DNA from: Lama glama
Lineage: Eukaryota
Reading direction: 5' to 3'
NCBI GenBank assembly: GCA_028534125.1
Contig: CM052817.1
Coordinates: 74,526,001-74,590,000, forward strand
Length of the DNA stretch: 64,000 nucleotides
Shown: positions 1 to 14,039 of the stretch, piece after piece
Layout of the letters: the number at the start of each line of letters is the position of its first letter
How positions within the stretch are numbered: the stretch's first letter is position 1
Position numbers and translations under genes: made by a program
The notes under the pieces: generated by a model
What the model was told of the DNA's origin: nothing
The model's database searches: none
The model's input: the letters and a program-made list of their open reading frames with translations, nothing else

Positions 1-1099
1 AATTTTTTTTTTCATTTTAAACACTGGCGACCCTGTTTTAACAGTGTGGAATAAGAGAAGTGTTTTTTTACTATGGTTAAATAATGTCCTGATATTGTAG
101 GTTCTTCTGAGAAACTTTACACATCTGTGCCTGACTGCATGTAATGTGCTTGGAAAATGTGGAAGAAATACCTTTCTTGTATTATTGACTACTTACTTAT
201 TTCAAGTTGACTATTACATAGAACTTTTAAATATTTATTTTTTTCCTTTAAAGAAAAATGCTGAGATTAGAGAGAAATAAATATCTTTAAGAATTTTCCT
301 CATCTGGTTTCAAAAAGAGCTTGAGAAGTTTAGTCCTAATGCTTTTAAAACTTTACCGAAAAGAAAATGATAAAGGAATAATTCCATTCTCAAAGTAAAT
401 ACCCATGTATTTGGGAAACTGTTAATATGGCACATATAACCTTGTATAAATAAGGAACAGTCTTTCTCCAAATGATGCACCTTATTTTCATAATCATTCT
501 AACTGGAGTTCAGAATCAGGGTTTAATTCAGAGAGAGGAAATGGAAAATTATCAGGGGTGAGATAATTTGTAGACACTCCCTAAATACTACATAATAAAA
601 GTGAAACTTACAAATGTATTATTTAGTCTTGTGAAATATTTTAATTTATAGTTTTCTGTATTCACTTCTCCTTCCTAACTGCAAAAACCTTAAAAGCAAA
701 TGATTAAGAACTACAAAAAAATACTGCAATCTGAGAAGGAACTCAGAAAACTGAGAGACACAGAAATTTTAGTACTGCATTTGAGTAGATTTGGGAGGGC
801 AAGGAGAATGAAAAGAAAATCAGCCAAAAATAAAATCTTGGAAAGGCACAAATTTTCAAAGTCACCAATTTTGCACCACCCAGAAATATCCTTTATCATT
901 TTGTCATATTTCCTTTCAGTAGAAATACACATATCAACAGAATACAGCCTCGCCCAGTACTGTATAGCATCATGAGGCATATATATTTGTTTTTTGAGCA
1001 AATAAAATATTGACTTTCTCCAATATCAACAAATATTACATTTTAATATTCTAATTTTTATAATAACAACATTATTAATCCTCTAATGCAGTTATTTGA

Positions 1100-1720
1100 A
1101 TTGTTTTGGAATTGTAAACAATTTCAATATAGATTTTGCCCACTTTTCGGATCATTTTTGTTGGATTAATTTGTAGGAAAAGAATTACTAGGTTAAAAGG
1201 TATAAATACTTTAAAGTTAAAAAAAAATCCCTTGTCAAGTTGTTTGATGAAAATGTTTAAAACAGTATCCTCTTCCACAACCCCAGTGTAGTGTGTAAAG
1301 TGCCCATTTCCTTAAACTTTGTTAGTTTGACACATGGAAAATATCTCATCTAATGCATTTATTATTATTAAATACGTTTATTGACTAGTGGTATTTCTTT
1401 TTATGAATTATATATTAACTACCATTTCCTTTTTTCTATTAGTGCATTCAGCATTTTATATTGATTTATGATTGCTTATTTATAAAATATACTAAGGTTT
1501 GTAAAATTAATATTTTCAGTTTGTCTTTTACTTTTTATTTGTGGTCATTTTTGAGGTACTGATGCTTCAATTTTAATGTGGTCAAGTCTATAAAATTTCC
1601 CTTTAATGGTCTCTGACATTATTTTGTCTTAAAAGTTCTTTTTCATCACAATAATGTATATATTCACCTATATTTTCTTTCAGTTCTTTGGTTTCTTCAT
1701 AAAGCTCTTTATTCTACACA
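1100..1720 (-). mobile_element. Old L1 (L1ME-like) ORF2 3' end / 3' UTR remnant
   Basis: T-rich degenerate antisense-L1 phrases (ccccagtgtagtgtgtaaagtgcccatttcc; attcacctatattttctt); boundaries approximate. Confidence 0.5.
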
Positions 1721-2172
1721 TGTTCTAACTGGAAATAACAAATGGATCAATGTATAAATCTCTGTTCTGTAGATTCCGAATCAGCCATATTTTTTAAATT
1801 ATATCTCATGATGACTAATTTGGTGAAGGATAATAACTTCATTTGCTTTATACTCCTAGAATTTCTATTAATATTAGCATATTAATGGAAAAGGCAGTCT
1901 TATCCACCCTTCATAAGAATAATATTAGCTGATGATTTATGTAAATAAACTTGATAAAGAGATACATAACAAATTTTGTTTTAACTCTGCTTCATTATTA
2001 ATGCTAAATATCTCATGAAGTCCTAACACCCATGATGTCTACATATCTTTCTAAAATTCATACATAGTCAGTAGGATTGAAACCCAGATGATTTAGGAGG
2101 TAGGTTGAGCTCTGATGCTCTAGAAGTCAGAAGTTCTGTGTTCTCAACTCCCCTTAAAGTCAGGTTCATTTT

Positions 2173-3040
2173 GCTTTCTTTTTCTGTTGATTCATTGTTA
2201 GTGTAAAGAAATGCAACTGAGTTTTGAACGTTAATCTTGTCACCTGCTACCTTGCTGAATTCTTCGGTCAGCTCTAGTAGTTTTTGTGTGTATCTTTTAG
2301 GGTTTTCTGTATATAATAACATGTCATCAGCATATAGTGACACTTTTACCTCTTCTTTTCCAATTTGGATCCCTTTTGTTTCTCTTTCTTGCCTAATTGC
2401 TGTGGCTAGGACTTCCAAGACTATATTGAATAGGAGTGGTGATAGTGGGCAGCCTTGTCTTGTCCCAGATTTTAGTGGGAAGCTTTTGAGTTTTTCACTG
2501 TTGAGTACTATCCTGGCTGTAGGTTTGTCATATATAGCTTTTATTATGTTGAGATATGTTCCCTCTATACCCACTTTGGTTAGAGTTTTTATCATAAGTG
2601 GGTGTTGAATTTTATCAGATGCTTTTTCTGCATCTATTGAGATGATCATGTGATTTTGTCCTTTCTCTTGTTGATGTGATATATTACATTGATTGATTTG
2701 CGTATGTTGAACCAGCCTTGTGTCCCTGGGATGAACCCCACTTGGTCATGATGTATAATCTTTTTTATGTGCTGTTGGATTCTATTTGCTAATATTTTGG
2801 TAAGGATTTTTGCATCTATGTTCATCAGTGATATTGGCCTATAATTCTCTTTTTTGGTAGTGTCTTTGCCTGGTTTTGGTATCAGGGTGATGATAGTGGC
2901 TTCATAGAATGAGTTTGGGAGTATTCCCTCCTTTTCAATCTTCTGAAAGAGTTTGAGAAGGACTGGTATGAGTTCTTTGTATGTTTGGTAGAATTCCCCG
3001 GTGAAGCCATCCAGTCCTGGACTCTTATTTGTAGGGAGGT
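2173..3040 (-). mobile_element. Young L1 ORF2 internal fragment (reverse-transcriptase region), truncated at both ends, with 13-bp TSD
   Basis: ORFs 2646-3182 and 2068-2649 encode L1 ORF2 motifs ([56 protein letters not shown]) with one frameshift near 2650; TCAGGTTCATTTT at 2160-2172 and 3041-3053. Confidence 0.97.
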
Positions 3041-3256
3041 TCAGGTTCATTTTAATTCTTTGACCTTCACTGACTTGCTTTCTTATTATAATGCATTTTT
3101 CAGAAAGAATATTGTTCAAGCTTTTTGTGACAGCATGCATCTTCCATGCTTTTCCACTGCCACCATCCTGGGTCCTTTTCACCTTTACATATTGGTAGCA
3201 TGGGTTTTACAACTGTCTAAAGAACAATTCATAACCTAGTTGCCTCTTTGAGCGCA

Positions 3257-3855
3257 GTATCGGGCATGGTCCAAGGGAGAAACTGAAATGACATAATACA
3301 AATTTAACAGAGAATTTTCTATGAATTGTTAATGAGGTATAAAGTTGTTGGTTAGGTAATTAAAGGGTAAAAAAGAACTATAAGATCTCATGGAGGTAGC
3401 AATTTCAAGAAACAGCCACCACCCTTAGGGAGGAGACTGGAATTACTAAAACTTAAGAAACTTGGGAAGCAAGCCATGGAAGAGGAAACTAGCCAGCAGA
3501 GGGTAGTGCCTCTGAGAAGCAGCAGCACATGATGAACTTGTACAGGTTTTGGAAGAACTGAAACCTGGATTCAGTATTTTCTATGGGAAGGAACTGCCCT
3601 TGCTGGGGTGAAAAAGAATGGCTAGAATGATAGTCACAGAGCAAGAGGAGGCCAGGATGTCCACAAGAAGCAATCAGGAAGATGAAAGTACCCTATCCCT
3701 CCTCCAGGCACCCAGTTTTCTTTAGTGCCCCCTATTGGTAGATTTAACACAGATCTAACTGGCACATGTGGGTTGTAATCTCAGATTCAATATCAGAATG
3801 CAGAGAGGAGAAAGGTGGGTTTGGAGTTGAACTGTTATTAGTTAGCAGTTGGCAC
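3257..3855. mobile_element. Ancient solo LTR (LTR78/LTR79-like)
   Basis: Purine-rich LTR-like body with gtgccccctattggtaga and terminal gggtttggagttga...ggcaca resembling these consensus ends. Confidence 0.5.
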
Positions 3856-5435
3856 AGGGGATCTCCCCTCCACCATTCACTATGCCTTTTTTCATTCACT
3901 CCTTGTTACTTTTAGAGTTCTTAAGACTAACCTCTTCCATTTCCATCCATACTCACATACTACTCCCATACCCTGCTTTGCAGAAACCCTTATCACAGAG
4001 GTCTACTTGTTATTTTTGGCTACTTCTTTGTGATTTTTCTGTTAAAATATTTCATAACCAGCTGTTTTACTATATAGAAAAGCCAATTTTATCCCCAGTA
4101 TGGACTTATGGTTGACTACTTTCTTAATGGTTCTTAGGTGGATTACCAGGGGGATACACCTGATACTATAGAATAGTGTATTGAGTAATGCAGTAGGGCA
4201 GTGAGTAAAATAACTGTTGGGAATCTCCTGGTGTTAATTGTCTAGACAAAGTTTCTGCTTCTGCACAAATAAAAATGTGGATCAAGCAAGGTATGTACAT
4301 TATTTTCTCACTGTGTTAGAGTATATATTCACTCTGTCTACAGAGTTCTAGCTAGAGAAAAAAGACACCAGAATATGAAATGGTTGATATCCCCAGAGGA
4401 TAAATGGTGTGTAGGTGGAACAGGAAGTCTATCATGAAAAAATTTCAAGCCCTGTGCAAAGAAAATAAGCAGAGACATTCAACCAAAGCTGAACCCATAA
4501 ACTGCAATAAAATGATAAAATGTAACAAAGCTGTAGCAATTATCATATCAATTTACCCATATACTTTTCTAATCCTTTTCACACATCATTCCAGCAAAAT
4601 ACCCAGATGTAGTAATTACAGGAAATTTCCAAGTCTTTTGGCGAAAACTCAGAAGGCTTTGGCCCATTCAAAGTCTTACTGCATTAGCAGAAGCTGTGTA
4701 AATGGACCATTCTGTAGTTAGAAGGCAAGACCTATTGGCTTTGGTTCAGTTTTTAAGTGACTCGAAGGGAAATTTCTTACTGAATTTAATTGACTATGAA
4801 TTACTATTTCTGTTTAACCAGAGCACATTATTTTTGTAAAATACAACGCTTTAAGTATATAACTAACCATTATCTGTGAAGTGGGAATTGATACACTTGC
4901 TTAACGTGGTGATAAAATCAGTCACTTTTCAGTTGAGAATATTTCAATTTTATGAAAAAATGGAATTTTTGAAATTACATTTTATGAAACTATTTTGTTA
5001 CTCAGAAAATAAGTAACATCATGACACTAATATTTTAAAATTTTTACAAATATCAGAATTCAACTGTTAGTTAATTGGCACCTAACAGTCTATAACTAAA
5101 TTAGGTCTGGATGCTTAGTGTTTTGGCAGAAAATAGAAAGAAAACCATACTTTATATGAAAACTACTTCATATAAAGCAAAAGTTACATAAGTATTATTT
5201 GACCTTGTACTGCTATCATAGAGCTCTTTAAAATATAAAGTACTATATAGGTAAAGCAACTTTTTTTTTGGTTTTGAGGAGGAATCTGAGAAAAGGAGTT
5301 AAAATATGCATTTATTTTCATATTATAATCAACACCATCAATAGCATCAAAGATCCACTGAGAACACAGCACTAAAGTGGATCCACTTATAATGGATGTA
5401 AACTTGAGATAGTTATATATATTAATGTAATGGCT

Positions 5436-5945
5436 TGGATATCAGTTGGTGATTAATTGGGAAACACTAAGTATTTGAAGCAGAAGAAGTTGAATGAAGG
5501 TAATTGGTTACATATATGATAAAAGAATTAAGACACTATCAGGTTGGCAAGGTAATTCAGAATTTAACAATTGTAGGAAGCCACCATCTCTAGGCTGGAG
5601 GGAGAAAGAGTTGAGATAGTTTTATCAAAGCTCAGAGAACAGGGTCATCTGTGAGAAGGCAGTCATAATGGGCCTATCAGTTGGAGTTGGAGAGAGAGAA
5701 AAAAGGAATTGAGAATGCCACCGGGGGACCAGGAAGGAATATGGCTGGCTGCTGCTCTCTTTCTTCCCTCTTTCCAAAGACCCACCAGCACTTCCCTGAG
5801 TCAGAACCAGCCAGAAGCCAAGAGACATGGAAGCCTGGTGGGACTCAATTCCTCCCATCCCTACCTTCCCCTTATGACACAAAGGCAAGCAAGGAAAGCA
5901 GCAAGGAAAGGATCTCAGTGCAAACAGAATCAGGAAGGACCAAGA
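5436..5945. mobile_element. Ancient LTR remnant(s) (LTR79/LTR33-like)
   Basis: aattggttaca...aggaagccacc...aggctggaggga and cagaaccagccagaagcca motifs typical of old ERV LTRs. Confidence 0.4.
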
Positions 5946-6799
5946 TTATAAAGTAAATCATATAACTTATGAGCCAAAGACAAACATTTCATGCATCCCT
6001 CCTATATTAACTCTTTATTGGTACTTGAACATTCAGAATATGGTAATAAAATTCTAGGAAATCTGATTTTTTTCCTATAGATTCCTGAAATTTAAAAAAG
6101 AGAGTACACATACATTTTACAAACTATGTAGAGAAAAAACTATAAATTTTATCTTCTATAAAATTTTATAATACTATTTGAACTTTTTAATGGGAATGTG
6201 ATTTATTTTTCTTGGTTGAAGAAAGAAAAAAATCTCCTAAAATAAAAGGACAAGGGAAGGTCAAAGGAGCGAGAATAGACCTACGTTTTTACCACTGCAT
6301 TAAAAAGAAATTGTGAGGGAGGTCATAGCTCTACCGTAGAATCCAGCAGGGTGATGCAGCTCCACTTTGATCTAGCTATTATAACCAGCAAGGAGGGCAG
6401 GTACAGTCACATCTCACACTTGTAAGAGAAGACTGGACAGCCAAGAAGTTGGAAACCAAAGTTAAAAATTAGTGTTACAGTTTCACTAAAAAGAGAAATG
6501 TGCTTATAGAGACTGAGTTGCCCTTCAAAGACTCTGATTTCTTCCTGAAGTTCCCAGACTCACTGAACTGGGGAAGTGAAATTTTATCAACCAGCCTCCA
6601 ATTGATGCTTCATATCTGAGAATAGGGTTCTAATAACAACCAGGTGGTCAGTGAATGGTTCTAAGAGCCCTTTGTCCTGTTTATGGCCGACACCTGGCTT
6701 GGATAAATTACTTTCTATTCTAGGATGAGTCAACAGAGGAATAAAATACCCCAACAAACTGAGGTCTATGGAAATACTTTTCAATGTTAAAAGGAATAT

Positions 6800-7420
6800 A
6801 ATTTAGAAGACGTGGAAAAAATATGCTTCGAAAAGATTTACTATAGGAAAATTGAAATACATTTTAAAAACTCTCTGCATAGAGCTAGAAAAGAATTCAA
6901 GGTATCAGACTTTATGAAAAGAGCAAGGAACTATTCATTTAATATAAAAGATGGAAATATGAAAGGAAGCTGGAGGAGATAAGAAAATATTGGAATTTTT
7001 AGTAAGAAACTAAAAATAGCAGAATTGAAATCTGCACTCAACACTAAAAAATAGAATGAATATTACATAAAATTAAATCAGTGATATAATAAACAAATTG
7101 ATAGATGTCCTGAAGTAAAATGTAATATAATAGAAGAAAGACAATAAGGAGATTATTATGGATAAAGAAGATTAACTTAGTGAACTAATGTGAGAAGAAA
7201 ATTGTGCTTCTGAATGAGAAAACAGAACAAATGGACAAAGTCAGCAGTGAAAATACAGTAAAAGGAATATATTCTTAAATAAAGAATAACTTAATGTGAT
7301 TTAAAATTTTTTCCTTATTTACCAGGAAAATTAATGAAAAAATACCTTAGGCATATCATGGTAAATTTTTATTTCAAGAATATGAAATAATTTGTCAAGC
7401 ACTCAAGAAATCTGGATGCA
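6800..7420 (+). mobile_element. Old L1 ORF1-region remnant
   Basis: A-rich degenerate ORF1-like sequence (aaaaatagcagaattgaaa; ataccttaggcatatcatggtaaattt). Confidence 0.55.
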
Positions 7421-8140
7421 AGAATTTAGCTATGATATGTCTTTGTCTTTATAATAATGTCTCTTATTGAGCCTCCCATGTTATACCCATTTTATAGATG
7501 GAGACAACCAAGATTAGAAAGATTAAATAATTTTCTCAAAGTCCTGCTGCATCTACTTAACAAATATTATCCTGGTAAAGCTGGAAGGATTTACAGTGTT
7601 AAGCAGATTAAGGGCAAGATTCTTAACAAGAAAATTAATATGTGTATTGAGCATATTGAGCATGAGTCCTCTACGAGTTGAGATAGATTCCCAAAATATA
7701 TAAGGCAAGTAATCATAAAAAGAAGACAAAGAATTGGGTCTCTGGGTTCAGCTGAAGTGCCAGCCTGCTCCACTAGGAAGCTCATCTTAACAATTGATGG
7801 CAAGGAGGCTGAGCTGCTGGAAACTATTCCTCGTGAATTCATGGCGTAGTTGGTGTAAGGAAATAAAAATTTGGATTGTGAAATAGTATGTTAAATAGTA
7901 AGCAGGGATTTATAATAAAAAGCAATAGTCCATGCTCTTCCTCTTTAGCCTCTTAATTCTCATACCCAGAGCAATACTTTTCAGCATTTTTGTTTCAGTT
8001 CTTCTGGCACGTACTCTTTTTCTTCCCAAATATAGTTACATATACCACTCTTTTAAATATCTCTATTGGTTAAGTTTATGTAGGTAGTCAGCTACTTTGA
8101 AACCACTAAACTAATATCTTTCTTACTCCTTTTTTTCTCT

Positions 8141-9062
8141 TATAGCAGTTCTATCATCATAGGTCAAAGGGTGGAAGTCAAATGGAATGTGGAGAATATG
8201 ATGTAGGTGGAGCGCCTGCCAGACAAGAAGGGGAGTAAATGACAGTCCTCTGCAGCAGTGGATTGTGGGAAAGACGTTAGGGAGAGAAGCAGTAGACATA
8301 CCTGTTTACACACTTTCCCCCAGCTCCCCATCCCTGGGGAAGGAGGGTGGAGTACTGTGTGGTTGAGGAAAAGCCAGACAGTGAGGTCTGTGGAAATGTG
8401 TTCTTGCACAAACACAGCAGGGTATGCAAGGAGGCTCAGTGTGGTTACAGAGAGAAAGAATGTAATTTATGACTGTGATATAGAATCGATTTACAAGTTC
8501 CTCATGTCCTTTGGGGACGGAGAAGTAGCTGAGATGAAGACCAGCTGGCCTGCTATGGGGGCTACAGTGTGGAGGTTTGAGTGTGAACTAAGCCAAGGGC
8601 TGCAGGGGGCCTCTGCTGAGACCTGGAGGAATGGGCAGCCAGAGAGAGCCAAGGTGGGGCTAAGTCAAAAATAGCCAAGAGAACAGATACAGTTCTTCAT
8701 TGCAAATGTTAACAGGGGAAGCCAGTGGGTACCCAGGCAGGTGAGGAACAACCCTGAGGAGACCTGAGGAGCTAGGGGAATGCGGTACAAGAGCTCACAG
8801 AATCCTCTCACCCTCTCACAAAACTCTCCTACTTAGATTCCATATCAGGTTGGGGTTGGAGGGAAGGAAAGTACATGGGGGGAAGAAATCATAAAGACAA
8901 GGCATTTATTTTGAATAAACAGAATTATTCAAAAGAAATAGGTTTAAACTGGCAACAATGGGTTTAACAGAAGCTTTGTTAGAAAGATTAGATCAATTTT
9001 AGGATAAAAAAACTACATTATTTTTGTACCACTGAGTGGTAGTGAGTCCATATTTCTGTACA
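8141..9062 (+). mobile_element. Ancient Gypsy-like solo LTR (MamGypLTR-like) inserted into an old L1
   Basis: Starts tatagcag, G-rich body, ends taaaaaaactacattatttttgtaccactgagt...tttctgtaca; flanked by antisense old-L1 sequence. Confidence 0.45.
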
Positions 9063-9835
9063 AATTATATATTCAAACTTTTACTTATTATTCAGTGTCT
9101 TTTACTTTCTCAACTTGAAACTTGGAAACATTTTCTCTTTTGTCTTATGCTTTACTTTTCTACCCTTTCCACTTCCCAACAGCTGTCTGTGTACCTTTAT
9201 ATATACGTGGTTAAAGTAGATAAAATCGCAATCTATATTGTAATCACAATTAAATTTTTACAGCTTTCCTAAGAGTTGATTCTAAAGGTACAAAATTTGG
9301 GAGCCATCTTTCTGCTTTGATGTATGTATTGCTTCGACTGTATTTCATGCCCTTAATTGAAGATCATTGAACTCCCTTTCCAGTTTGAGTAGTCTTTATA
9401 TTTGGACTCTGATTATCTTGCATTGCTTTTTACTTTCCTAGAATCTTACCCAAATGCTCTCTAGACCTGAATGAACACTTGTCTGATGGGACTTCCCTTT
9501 TTTCATCTCCTTGATTGGATCCTTTGTTTCCTATTTTATGTTTGCACCCTCATTTTTTCCAGAATAGATCCTTAAATAAATTATGCAGAGAAGATATTTG
9601 GGAGATAAATGTTCTAATGCTTTACATATCTCATAATATCTCTGTTTTATGTACATATTTAATACTGATGTGGATGGATATAGAATTCTGAAATAAAGTA
9701 ACTTTTTCTACATTTTTGAAGGCATTGCTTCCTTGTTCTACCTGCAGTACATCAGATAGAAAGTGAGATGCCAGTGTGATTATCATTGCTTTGAACATAA
9801 CATATTTTTTTTCTCTCTTTCTGGATGATTTTATT

Positions 9836-10163
9836 TTTTAAAAAAATCTGGAGATAATTGACATATAACATTAGTTTCAGGTGTACAATATAATGATTCA
9901 TTATTTGTATATATTGTGAAATGATCACCATGATAATTCTAGTTAACTTTCATCATCAGTTACAATTTTTTTCTTGTGACCAGGACTTTTAAGATCTACT
10001 CTCTTAGAAATTTTCAAATACACAATACAGTATTATTAACTATAGTTCCTACTATAGTTATATATAGTACAGTGCATTATATCCCCAATACTTACTTGTT
10101 TTATAATTGGAAGTTTGTCCCTTTTGACTCCTTCACCCATTTTGCCTACCCTCCCACTCCCAA
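9836..10163 (-). mobile_element. 5'-truncated L1 3' end (L1MA9-derived type) with TSD
   Basis: ataattgacatataacattagtttcaggtgtacaa...ttttaagatctactctcttag; near-identical flanks GGATGATTTTATT (9823-9835) and GGATGATTCTATT (10164-10176). Confidence 0.85.
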
Positions 10164-10499
10164 GGATGATTCTATTCTTGAGATACTTGAGTTTCATATT
10201 TCTATGTCTAATTATAGGTCCTCTTTCATTTGTCCTGCTATTGACGGGTAGTCTCTTTCAATCTGAAGGCTTGTTTCTTCTTCAACTGGAGAAATTTTAC
10301 TTATTTTACTTTTAAAATGACTTCATCTCAATTTTCTGTTTTTTTTTCTGTTTGATGCATTTCCTAGATTTGTCTTCTGAATCTCTTTTTTTCCTCACAT
10401 TTTTCATCTTTTGATTTTGTTTCCATTTCCTGGATGCTTTCCTAAACTTAGTATTCCAACTCTTCTATTTATTTTTAATTGACCATCATATATTTACTA

Positions 10500-11550
10500 T
10501 ATAGCACTGTAGTTAATAGCTCCAAACTGAAAACTACTCAAATGCTATCACCAATATGATTAATGCCACACAATGGAATACAGTGGAATTCAGTGGGATT
10601 AATGCAATATGTTAGATACATTTCAGAAATACAATGTTGAGTAAGATAAGCAAGGCATGAAAGAGTGTATGCAGTATAATGCCAGTTTTATGAGGCTAAA
10701 AGAAACAAATGATACTAACCTATGCTATTAGAAGTTAGAATATGAGTCACTTTTGGGGGGGAAAATAAAGAATCAGAAGGAGCAGAAAGGTCCCTGGGGA
10801 CCAGGATGCTCTGTTTCTGTATATGACTGCTAATTAATTACACAGGTGTGTACATTTTGTGAAGATTCATCAAGCTGTGCACTTTTCTGTATCTATACTA
10901 TACTTGAATGAAGAGTTTAAAAGAGTAATAATAAATTGATAAAAATAATGTTGGCAATGTATTTTACACAAAACGTTAATTCTTTAATAGCTACAGTGAG
11001 CTCTTCAAAATGAAAGTACCCTATTTAAAGTGTAAAAAAGGACAAGAAATTTTTTAAAAAATCATGAATATATACAACTGACTAATAAAATTTTTAAAAG
11101 GTTAATACTCATTGGTAAATGCAGAGTAAAATAGATAGGACACATACATTAATTGGTAGGAGTAAAATGAGAGCGATGCTCCATGTTGGTCAAATTTTGG
11201 GCACATGAGCATTCTGAAATACTGCAGAGGAGATTAGTACTGGTAGAGACTCTTAAGAATGAACTGGCCATGACAACAAAAAGCAAATTAAAGTGAGTAC
11301 TCCACATCCTGTTGGTAAGATCTGGGAGTTTATCCTTAAGAATTAATTGTGGATGTTCATAAATGTTCCATTATATCTATTATTTATCAAAGCCTGATTT
11401 ATCAGAGAGAAAATTTTCTTAACAACTAAGACTAACAACGAGAGATGGGCTAATCAATTTGTGTTAAAGTTTCACAATAGAATCTTGTGCAACCTTTAAA
11501 AATGATTCTGTGGATGATTTCATTACATTCAAAGATGTTAAGGATTCATT
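10500..11550 (+). mobile_element. Old L1 (L1MD/ME-like) 3' fragments
   Basis: atagctccaaactgaaaactactcaaatg; tacattttgtgaagattcatcaagctgtgcactt; further degenerate ORF2-end sequence. Confidence 0.6.
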
Positions 11551-13811
11551 ATTAAGAAAAAAGTTCAAAAACTATATAATTTTTTAATATATTTTTTATA
11601 CTTTTTATCCCTTGAAAGAGAATGAAATGGAAGTTACCAAGATGTTGGGTTTTTTCTCTCACCAATAAATTATAAGTCATTTTAATTTTCTTAATTTCTT
11701 TTATTTTCCAGATTATTTTCCAGATAATTAACCAAAAAGCATTTGTCATTTTTAAAAGACAAAAGATCTTCTAAAACTTTTGATATTTTGCTTTACAAGG
11801 TAGATTATTTAGATTCACAGAACTCTCAGTTTTGCCTTTCTGTGACAACATGTGTCTTGATAATTTTTATTCATACAGTTTCTGGTGGTACTAAGTGCAT
11901 CGTTTTACTTTTCATATGGTAGAAGATTATTTTTTATTCAAATTAAAGTAATTATGTTTTTAGAAGGAACAAAAAGCAAGAAAAATTTTGTCTCATGTAC
12001 AGGGAGAAAGTCAAATTATATAATTCTAGCATGGAAGCAGTGAGCAGACAGATTAATTTTGGGTGTCTCTGCCATTTAAGCAGGCACCATAAATACTCCA
12101 TTCAGTTCCTGGGCTAGGTACAGAGGCCAGATACAACACTGACTAATCATATGCAGGCTACAGAAAAGCAGGACTGAGACTGACCAGGCTTCGGGCTCTG
12201 CATCTTTCTTTGGATAATTTAGGATTTAATCAATGGCATACATCAAGCCCTAAAGGTAATGACATTCCTAACTAAAAGCTGATGATTTAGTTATACAATC
12301 TTCATAACAGTAGAAAGTGTGATATTAAAAGTTAAGATTATAATTGTGAGTCTGACTTTTTTAAGACTTTTTGCAGCATCTACATTTCACTTAATTTTTT
12401 ATTCATATGCAGTAAAACCACTGATGTAAAACAGTTGTGCTATTGCATGGATGCTTTTAGAAGTGTATTCTACAAGTGCATAAAAAACAGGATGGTCTCT
12501 AGCAAGAGGCAAGAAAGAAAGTGCAAGAAGTAATATTGATAAGAGCATTTCTTAGAAATGTCTGTGTATTCTAAAATAGTTGATAATGCTGAATTAAGTC
12601 AATCAACTATATGATGTTTCCTGAGTTGTCTTTTTTTCTTCTAAATCTGGTAAGTACAATATTTATATAAATATAGTCTAATTTACCCCAACTTTCAAAT
12701 GGTTAACCTAACATTTAAGTTCAAGCTACATTTGTGCTGCAGGTATGACTTTTAGGCCATGTAATGTTTTACATTTTTATATTACTTAAGTTAATTTTAA
12801 TTTTCATCTCCTATTTTATCAGCTGACAGAAATTTAATCTTAGTTAGTTCAGGGTTCACCAACTCCCTGACCTGGGTTCCCATTAATTTCAGGGGCCTTA
12901 CAGAGTGCCGAATCACAGGAGGCAAGGGCATCTGTTATTCAGGGTCCTCTCCATCCTGACGGCAGCTGCTGGGCATCCTCAGTGCCATCTGGTCTTTAGT
13001 CACTGGTCTCTGTGGGGAGCTGCTGAGTCATCCTTTGTCCCAAGCCCTATGCCTTGCCAGTTTTTCAGCTACCTCCCAAACTTTCCTAAATTCTTTTGCA
13101 CTTTAGGAAGCTGTGGATCTGGCTGAGGTTCATCACTTTGGCACCACTCTGGGATGTATAGAATCATTCTGCTCCCGGGATATGGGAATTCTGTCTTCCA
13201 TATCTCCACATTTTTGTTTGTAGTGATCACCAAAAGGTTTCATAAAGACTCACAAATGATCTTTAAATAATTTTCTAGAATTACCTAATTATAATATCAT
13301 GTGTATTAATACAATATTTCTAGAAACAGATTTTCTCTACTCATTGCCCTCTCTTAAGTGAACACGTTCTAGTCCCTGTGATATGTAAGGTATTGTGGTA
13401 GATACTGTCTGATGCCATTATCAGTATGGCATTTCTGAGTGTATGGGTATTGATAAAGTTAGAGAAGGAAAATTATATGTTAATTGAATGTGATATTTTA
13501 AACATATTTTATTATGTTAATTTTTTCCACCAAACTCATATGGTAGATAATATTATTTTTATTCTTACCTTATGGGTAAGAAAATTCATGCCCTGAGAGG
13601 GGTCATACAAACAAGAGACATTGGAACTTAATTGCACATAAATGTATCTGATTCCAAAGTCAGCGCTATTTCAATTCATCAATAGTGCTCATATGTTAGT
13701 GTATATAGTACCAATTTATTAAGAAGCAGATTCTTGGGTCCTATCCCTAGAGATATAGATGTAGTCAGTCAAAAGGGGGCACCAGGATCTGATTTTTAAG
13801 AAGAAATCCAA

Positions 13812-14035
13812 CTAGTTTTTCTAAACTTGGCCACTGAGAGCTGTTTCAGTTGGCCCCTATGTTCCTTTGTCATACTCCCGTTGTTGTGTTTATTTTGAAC
13901 ATTTTCTTACTCTCTGGCACTATAAGATGTCTAAGTTTACCTTGTGTGTTTCCTGCTCCAATTCTAGAATTCACTGTCTCTCCAAGAACTCTGGTTCCTT
14001 TTAATGGTTTAGAAACCAACATCTAGATGTTAAGA
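13812..14035 (-). mobile_element. L1MC-like 3' UTR fragment, preceded by MIR and MER5-like remnants (13500-13810)
   Basis: ttggccactgagagctgtttcagttggcccctatgttcctttg...tccaagaactctggttcctttta. Confidence 0.6.
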
Positions 14036-14039
14036 ATTT

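Noticed and set aside
8258..8674. 138-aa ORF
   Set aside because: Lies within an ancient LTR-like repeat; G-rich composition explains the open frame.
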